This document shows, one piece after another, positions 63,942-64,000 of a stretch of DNA of 64,000 nucleotides; positions within the stretch are counted from its first letter, which is position 1, and every line of letters begins with the position of its first letter. Below the pieces are notes generated by a model, which saw only the letters and a program-made list of their open reading frames with translations, did not search any database and was not told the DNA's origin. Position numbers and translations under genes: made by a program. Origin of the DNA: an uncultured Phycisphaerales bacterium (lineage in GTDB: Bacteria > Planctomycetota > Phycisphaerae > Tepidisphaerales > Tepidisphaeraceae); the NCBI GenBank assembly GCA_963758525.1, contig CAVWVQ010000003.1, forward strand, positions 1,792,001 to 1,856,000, given 5' to 3'.

Positions 63942-64000
63942 TCACGGAGCCAAGGCCACGGTTAATCCCGCATCGATCGCCTCGACCAGTTCATCCACCT
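63942..64000 (-). CDS. 3' end of an upstream gene (possibly class III aminotransferase)
   Basis: Reads VDELVEAIDAGLTVALAP*; identity guessed only from operon context. Confidence 0.35.
   Translation of the reverse strand, partial: VDELVEAIDAGLTVALAP

Overview
GC-rich bacterial DNA whose gene content (PSD1/DUF1549-DUF1553, DUF1501, DUF1559 prepilin-like H-X9-DG proteins, PVC-type CxxCH protein, PEP-CTERM protein) points to Planctomycetota, probably Phycisphaerae (inference). 1-7349: 3' part of a type I-G (I-U) CRISPR-Cas locus (cas8 fragment, csb1/cas7, csb2/cas5-6, internally deleted cas4-cas1, cas2) with a 42-repeat/41-spacer array. 8-36 kb: housekeeping and accessory genes (rsfS, ABC transporter, rpsU, hybrid kinase, manA, nadC), plus an orphan pair of an ADP-ribosyltransferase-like gene and a Cys-rich gene. 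36-52 kb: ECF sigma/FecR island with three DUF1559 paralogues and a large PEP-CTERM protein, linked by a recurring promoter-like motif TGTAATGTT-N13-GCAAAT. 52-64 kb: clpX, a TPR protein and a reductive pyrimidine degradation operon containing a GxxExxY gene flanked by 10-bp-periodic palindromic arms, with a 222-bp triplication. Many genes carry 1-2 nt frameshifts that look like long-read consensus errors, so pseudogene calls need caution. All family assignments come from recognising motifs by eye; no searches were run.
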